Assembly: GCF_009914755.1 (NCBI RefSeq)
Contig: NC_060933.1
Length of the DNA stretch: 64,000 nt
Reading direction: 5' to 3' (one strand)
Origin: the human T2T-CHM13v2.0 reference genome, Homo sapiens
Shown here: positions 56,419 to 64,000 of the stretch, piece after piece
Layout: each line of letters begins with the position of its first letter
How positions within the stretch are numbered: the stretch's first letter is position 1
Notes under the pieces: generated by a model
What the model was told of the DNA's origin: nothing
Databases searched by the model: none
What the model saw: the letters and a program-made list of their open reading frames with translations, nothing else
Position numbers and translations under genes: made by a program

Positions 56419-58356
56419 AAGGTTATGGAAAAATTTACCTGTGGCACATCAAAATATTGTATTAGTTCTGCTCAAAAAGACTGTTCAAGCAAGACTGCTA
56501 ACAAATGAAGTATTAAAAATTAGTGTAAAAAATCTGCCATTACAACTTTATGCGTAGTTACATTACAACTTTACAGTTAATACACCATATTTATCTGAAC
56601 ACTTTCCATGCACACAAAAGAAAACACATTTGAGAAAACATACTTTAACAAATCATGAATCCAAAACATGTCAGTGAAACAGACTGGCGTGTGTGACTTA
56701 TTCCTCTTGAAGTCTAGCACGTGCTACATGCATCTTCATAGTAATAGATTTACCAACAATTCATTATAAAACAGTATATTTTACAATACACCCTTCCCCC
56801 ATCAAAACCATTATAAAACAATTTCCTTAATGAATTCCTTAATACATTCTATTTGGGTACTAAAATCACAAAAGCAAGCACCAGGATGTGACAATCAGAA
56901 ACAGTCTCCTGAGCAGTAACCTGAGACACTGATTGTCATGGCAGGCACAACCTGTCACCAAAATCATAGAACTGACTACTTGGTTTTGCAACAGATGTTC
57001 AGATGAAAAGGTTTAGGGAAGAAAAGCAGGTGTGGTAAGTTATCTGCCTCAGGAATTCTGGTTCTTCCAACTTCTTTATGGCACTGCCTGTTTAGAACAT
57101 GAATTATAAAAGAACTTATGTGGCTTTAGTCTGTTTTTCTAAACCTCATATGAGCTAGTGACAACTCTTAACCACGTGCCCCCGAGAGCCATGAGGGGTC
57201 CTGGAGGCCTGCACAAATAAAGCAAATTAATAATCCTGATGTTTATAAAACACCAGAAAATAGACATTATCATCTTCACTTTGCAAATGAGGAAACTACA
57301 GGTTAGAGAAGGTATGTGATTTGCCTATATTCACAGGGCTACTAAATAGCCACAGAACAGACTGGACGCCAGTGCTCTCAAGATCAGGTACCAAGCTCTC
57401 TCTCTAAAATAAGTGACAACCAGGAGAACCACGACCAAGTGGTAAGATCTGGAGGTAGTGTGTCTACCCGTTAGACCATTTTCTCCTTTAGGAGAATGAC
57501 AAATTGCTCCTGAGCTAACTGTAACAAATAATTTTTTTTAAAGTATCCTGTATTAGTGTCAACAGGTGTTAATTCACTCTTAATGAGGATTAGACTAATG
57601 AAAGATTACAAAAAATATAACCAGTAAAAACTATCTTTCTCAAGACTATGTGTTGATAGATGTTAATGCTGGGTGATGTGTACATAGGGATTTATTATTC
57701 TCTTTATTTCCATATATTTAAATATTTCCATGGTTTAATAAAAACTTTCCTTCTGAATACTCAGTTTCTCACAAGACTGTCATATTAATTTTAAAAACAT
57801 ATGTCCAAATTAATGTGAAAAAGGAAAGTTAATTTCTTTCCAGACATATCACCTAGATCAGGTCTACACAAAAAGCAAGATCTCATCTTTCAACTTTGAT
57901 AATGTAAGGTGAGTAAAATTGTAAGTGTCCAATATCAAATTTGGCAATAACATTCTTAGACAAATAAGCAATCTGATTTATTAGTAGAAGCAACCAAACC
58001 TTGCAATCACATCATCTGCTAACAGTTTTGATTTCTGGAACTGTGACTAGACTTCAAGATAATACGTTTCAAGCCAAAGTTTGGGCTAGAGAAGATTTAT
58101 TAATCTGTATTAAAAATTTACCTAGCTGACAAAAAATAATCAGATGGCTAAAAGTTTTATCGACTTATCACGCAATAACAAGCCCCCTCCTTCCTCTAAA
58201 TCCTAACAACCCTCTTATCTATACAACATTTCTTCAAAATCTCTACTTCTAAAAAATAATAATTTGCAACAAGACAAAGCAATTATCTTCTGTGGGCATC
58301 TGCATATTGTCACAATAGCTAGTTAATTAATACTGGTCAATTAAAAACACACACCA

Positions 58357-58729
<373 letters not shown>

Positions 58730-58921
58730 TCACATCTACACATACATATATACACACATACATACACATGCTGACACACATCTATTGTAGAAATGCTTGT
58801 ATTTAAGTGAGCTGAACTGTTATTCAAACGGCTACAAGGCAAATTTAGAATACTCATTAAAATATTATCAGGTTCCCATCATTCACAAATATCTAAGAGA
58901 CATACTATAATATGCCAAATT

Positions 58922-58991
58922 CACATGTATACCTATGTAACAAACCTGCACGTTGTGCACATGTACCCTAGAACTTAAATTTAAAAAAAAA
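58922..58991 (+). mobile_element. Severely 5'-truncated L1PA insertion (about 70 bp)
   Basis: L1PA terminus aacctgcacgttgtgcacatgtaccctagaacttaaa plus poly(A); perfect TSD atgccaaatt (58912-58921, 58992-59001). Confidence 0.88.
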
Positions 58992-61308
58992 ATGCCAAAT
59001 TAATGTGCCCATGACACCGCTAAAGATTACGGAAGAAGCTTTTTCAGAGAGCACATCTAAAAAAATTCAGCCATGTCTCAGATTTATATATTCTCCTAAC
59101 TCTTAATAAAAAAAATTTTCCCAACTCTTAGATTGCCTTTTAAACCACTCAATCCCTTGTAAGATTGAGCAGTTCACCTCTGATTATTCTGAAAAAGGCA
59201 TTTTTTTCCCTAAAAAAGCAAGTCTCACTAACTGCAGAATGCACTATTTAAAAAACACCAATTTTTACTTTTCTGAACAGATCAACTAACTTTGGAGGGG
59301 GCCTTCTAAGGTAACAGGTCTAAACTGGACTCTTTTAGGCAGCCTCTAGAAATATCATACACTGGTTGCACAAACCTCAGGAAATGGGATTTCAATTCAA
59401 CATGAGGAGCTTTTAAATCTCAGCGCTTTCCAACAATGGAATAGCTACCTCCAGAGTAGTGAGTTTCCCATTACCACGAACAGTCAAGGACAGTTGGACA
59501 CAGAGGCAGAATGTGATAAATGAAAATACTTTGGAGGTTGGCCAGATGTTTTACTGATTCAGCCACTTCCTATGTGATTATGGGCATGTCCAACTAACTT
59601 TTAAGCTTCAGTTTTATCATCTGTAAAATGGAAGCCATCATCCAACTTGAAGGGTGAAACTCAGAAATATAGCAGGGACATGCTTAGCACAGTGTACAGT
59701 CTAGCGGGTAAAAACTCAAATGGTACTTTTTGTTAGTTTTACTACTATGAACACCTGGCAGTAAAGATTTCTGTGACACTAAGGGTGGAATGGACATGAC
59801 CACTAACATCTCTTTTGACCCTATCATCTTATCACTAAGTTTCTCTTCAAAATACCTGGAAGAAAAACTCAAGGGCTCAAACTTACTAGGGGTTTAATTT
59901 TATAAAGAAGAGCACCTGTTTATTGGAGGCTCTAGTTTCCCAGTAGGTGCCTTATTCTACCCACATTCCCTGCTGTTTGGCCCCCTTACCCTACGTCCCT
60001 ACCCCAGAGTTAACATTCAACTTGCCCTCTTGCCTTCAGTATCAATAATCACAAAGTGGGTCATGCAACAAAAAGACTCCTAAATTGGAAAATGAGAGCC
60101 TGGGTTTGGTCTCAGGTTCTGCCATTAACTCCCTATGTTACCTAGGCAACTCACATATTTATATTGGTTTTAAAGAAAAAGTACCACTGGTAAACATTAT
60201 CTCATTTCATCTTCATAACCTCATGGAAGGTATCAGTAATGCCGCCCTTAACTAACATTAATGAGGAAATTTACGGCTCAAGAAGTGGAGTGGCCTTCCC
60301 AGAATGGCACAGGAAGTAGCAGGCTCAATATTTTGCCCAGTACCCATTCTCCCAAAACCTATACTCAGAGGTATTAGAGACAGGACCTTCTGGAAAACAG
60401 TGTAAATGTGTTTTCCCCTCCTCCTCTATCAGAACCTGGCCTAGTCAAGAGTGAAAGCAACATAATTGTTAGTGGTAGAGGGAAGGAGGCTTCATTTCCC
60501 CCTTTTCTTATCAAACAAAGAGCACAGAGGCGCTGAAAATGTATACACACCTATAAACTTACATATGCATAAAATGTATTCTGAATATTCAAGAAACTGA
60601 TAACCCTGGTTGCCTCCAGAGAGAACTGGAGAGCTGCAGAATAGGAATGAGGGGTCCCTTTTTATTGTATACCTTTTAAAACTGAAAACCATGTTAAGTA
60701 TAATATACTATCAAAAAATAGCCTTTAGTTTTAAGGTGAATTTTTTTAAAGCTTTGAAAGAATACAAATAATGTTTATAAAATATGTGTTCTGCAACTCC
60801 ACTTGTTGCTGGGTGACCTTGGGCAAATCACTTCACCTGTCTCATGCCCTGTTTCCTCACTTGTAAAATACAGCCAAGAGCATTACCTACAAGGGTTTTT
60901 ATGAGGGTTAAACAAGACAGTGCAAGTAAAGCGTTTAGCACAGTACTCGGCACGCTGTAAGCCTACAGTAAATGTCAGTTACCATTATTACTTAGCATTA
61001 ATATTGTTATCTTTGCTTTACTTCAAGCAGCACCCCACATACACACCTGTTTTCATGGCATACCCACAATTATGGCGCAGTATAGCGCTTTGTACTTCAT
61101 AAACCACCTCATCACACTTCATCGTCTTTCAAACGTTTGGTAGCCCTGGGACATCACTGTTAACTCATTTCGCAGCTAAGGAAATGGAGGCAGTAGGAGG
61201 CAGTAACTCCAAAACCCTGTTTTCCCGTCTCTAAAATCCAGATCCCATCAACCCATTCGTTGCTCCCAGGTCCCTTGCTCTCGGAATCGTGTTCCGCGCG
61301 GCACTGAC

Positions 61309-61417
61309 CTGAGCGAGCGCCCCGGGGCCCGGGACCTCGCGCCGGGTTCACAGCTACTAGGCACGCTCGGACCGCCAGAGCCTTGCAGCGGCCGGGTCCG
61401 CTCCGCAGCCATGGCGC
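61309..61417 (-). other. FBXW2: FBXW2 5' leader exon 2 (109 nt)
   Basis: Strong acceptor tgtttttctttccctgcAG (61418-61419) and donor CAG|GTCAGT (61308-61307) inside the CpG island. Confidence 0.8.
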
Positions 61418-61519
61418 CTGCAGGGAAAGAAAAACAGCCAAGGCGCGGCGGGTCAGCAGAGCCGCGGGCGCCTAAGAGTCCCCTCCCCGACCGGCCCCGC
61501 CTCGCATACAGACCCGGAC

Positions 61520-61640
61520 CTGCGGCCGCTGCTCCCGGTCCGCAGCCTCACAGGGGAGCGGCTTCCGGTGCTGCCTGCGTCATCTCCGCGCGTCCCTCAG
61601 CTCCGCGGCTCCCGGCGGAAGCGGCTGCACTTCCGGTCCC
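61520..61640 (-). other. FBXW2: FBXW2 probable first exon (TSS approximate)
   Basis: Needed upstream of the 61417 acceptor; best donor candidate CAG|GTCCGG after 61520 (alternative CCT|GTGAGG after 61552); ETS motifs mark the likely TSS region. Confidence 0.5.
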
Positions 61641-62501
61641 CGCCCGGAGGTGGGTGGTGGGAGGCTGGAGGCCGGGAGTAGGGGTGGGGAGAAGAGCGTC
61701 CCGGGAAGCTGAACGCGTGCCGCGCGGCCCTCACGGTGCTTAGGCTGGGTGCAACCTAGAACGGAGGTTCCTTTCGTACCGTACATCCAGGTTTGCACAG
61801 CGCGCTTATGTCCCTCCTCCAATCTGATCTTGCACCAGCTCTGCAGTAGTTTTTCTTATTATCCTCATTTTACGGAGGAGAGGGAGCTGTGGCTTAGAGA
61901 AGTTAAGAGACGTGTCCAAATTCATACAACCTGTTGGGCACCTCTTTATCCCGAACGCTGTTCTAGGGGATAGGGTTAGTGAACAAAAAACGCAAAAGCC
62001 CCTGACCGCCTGGGCCTTACATCTATTAGGAGGAGGAAGACAGATAAACTAAGGCTCGTGCAAAGGAGAAAAATAAAGCAAGGTAAGGAGGTTGTTGAAT
62101 GAAAAGAGACAGTCAAGTGATGTAGATTTGAATGAATCACAACGTTTACACTCTGGCTGTGGCCCGGTTACTTAACCTCTCAGACTTTGCTTCATCTGCA
62201 TAGCAATTATAGTGAGGTCCCCATCCGAAGGCTCTGAGGATTGAAGGAAATGAAGCATGCAAACCTTTTGGCGTCAAGAACTAAAACTGAGCTAAAAAAT
62301 CCCACGCACTCTTTCTCAACATTTTTTGTGTACCATCTCACTCAGTTCCCACAACAACCCCACAAGCTAGTAACTATTATTAGGCCCCTTTTTAGAGATG
62401 GGGAAACTGAAATCAAAAGAGGTTTAGGCATCTTGCCTAAGGTCATAGTAAATGGCTGTCATAGGATTTCAACCCAAACCGACTTCAGAGCACAAGTTAT
62501 C

Positions 62502-62665
62502 CTTTTTTTTTTTTTGAGGCAACGTATCACTCTGTCGCCCAGGCTGGAGTACAGTGACACGATCTTGGCTCACTGCAGCCTCGACTTCTCCAGGCTCAAG
62601 CGATCCTCCCACCTCAGCCTCCTGAGTAGAAGGGACCACAGGCGCGTGTCACCATGCCCAGCTAG

Positions 62666-62709
<44 letters not shown>

Positions 62710-62834
62710 TTTTGTAGAGTCAGGGTTTCGCTATGTTACCCAGGCTGGTCTTGAACTCCTAGGCTCAAGTGATCCACCTGCCTGGGCCTCCCAAAAAGTG
62801 CTGGGATTACAGGGGTGAACCACAATGCCCAGCG
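62502..62834 (-). mobile_element. AluJ-like with (TG)n in the linker (62667-62707)
   Basis: Reverse consensus; TSD gcacaagttatcctt. Confidence 0.88.
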
Positions 62835-62914
62835 CACAAGTTATCCTTGTTTCTCTGTAAGGGTTCCTAAGCCATACATGCATACACGCACATTCACATA
62901 CATCTTATACCAAC

Positions 62915-63107
62915 ACTGTCCAATAAGCTTTTTGCCAGTGATGGAGTTGTTCTGTTGGTGCTGTCCAATAAGGCAGTCACTAGTCTCTTGTGGCTACTGA
63001 ACATTTGAAAAGTACCTGATGTAAATGAACTAAATTCTTAATTTTATTTAATTTTAATTTAATAGCCACATGAGGCTAATGGCTACCATGCTTGATAGCA
63101 CAGTCCA
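62915..63107. mobile_element. MER3-type DNA transposon relic
   Basis: ctgtccaataag...gtggctactgaacatttgaaa...tagccacatgaggctaatggctacc. Confidence 0.6.
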
Positions 63108-64000
63108 ATAATATAGACAATAAGAGAGACACATATCCAGTAGATGGTAGAGCATGGCCAAGGTTCCAAGCATCCTGACTTCATTTAGGGTACTTGAAAC
63201 ATGGGAAATAAAAATTGATTATGTGGGGTGGAAGTCAACTACGGTGTCCTAAAAGTAAGGTCTCAAGAGAGCAAATTTGATTTGCTAAGCAACAGGATGT
63301 CACTCTAGACTTCTAAGTCAGAACGTGACTGATCACAGCATTATAAGACATTTAGGAAGACAGATATACAGATTGGATACTCTCTATGAAAGGGAAGGCA
63401 GTACCAGGGTAATCAAGAAAATCAAGCACCCATATCTCTTTGGAGCAAACATTCTCAACCCCAGTACAGTTTGATGAATCAAATTGAAAAGTCCAGATGG
63501 AGCTGCCCCAGAGATAATATTGTTTGGACCTCTCATAACAAAGAAACCAAATTGTGCAAATTTAAGCCCAGAGGGGATCCAGGAGCAAAATTCATGACTA
63601 TAAAAAAATTTTTAAATTGCAAAGTGGACGTAATATTTAATTAAATACAAGACCTATTGAATTGTTAAATTCAGAATATGTAAAAATTCCCTTTCATTTG
63701 ATATTTTTAGGTTAGATTTTTCCCACTTTGTAAAGATTTTCAAGATTGTATGATGGTTGCTGAGAAAACATAGCCAACTTTAAATATAAGAAGTTATTCC
63801 TGGCCAAATAATTACAAAAGCTGTTGTAAATGGCAGATAGGAAGATCAACATGTTGGATGTTGAAGGAAAGGACGAAATATAGCCTGGCATGAGAAAAGA
63901 ATGCTCAGTATAATTGCTTGTGTGACAGGAACATGAAAATATGCTGAATGTTGTTTCTTTTCTCGAAATAAACTTGCTGGTAGAAATGATGTTTGGGATA

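Larger units (their letters stand above)
61250..61810. promoter_or_regulatory. CpG-island promoter with ETS/GABPA motifs, probably bidirectional
   Basis: High GC and CpG density; CCGGAAGT (minus, 61629-61636), CCGGAAGC (minus, 61561-61568), GCGGAAGC (plus, about 61615-61622), CRE-like TGACGCA (minus, 61576-61582); no TATA box seen. Confidence 0.88.

Overview
Primate (very likely human, 9q33.2 by gene identity) genomic DNA. It contains the complete FBXW2 gene (F-box/WD40 substrate receptor of SCF E3 ligases) on the minus strand. A CpG-island promoter lies at about 61.3-61.8 kb, followed by two short 5' leader exons and six coding exons (56418-55929, 46699-46505, 44380-44247, 40995-40909, 39669-39500, 32999-32711). 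These join with canonical GT-AG sites into 1365 nt = 454 aa + stop. A long 3'UTR has several poly(A) signals down to about 25.15 kb. The first 24 kb is intergenic and repeat-dense (Alu, L1, L2, MaLR, a solo LTR12). Almost all other ORF-track entries are repeat-derived artefacts. The most interesting observations concern the first coding exon (510 nt). It is frame-symmetric, stop-free when circularised and flanked by inverted Alus. Its first bases (G-TAA-AT) both terminate a strong-Kozak 35-aa uORF and regenerate a 5' splice site after splicing. Also notable are a truncated LTR12 flanked by a 30-bp duplication, an Alu whose middle was replaced by an inverted copy of nearby DNA, and a CTCF motif with its upstream module just past the 3' end. 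Repeat subfamily calls and boundaries are by eye and approximate.
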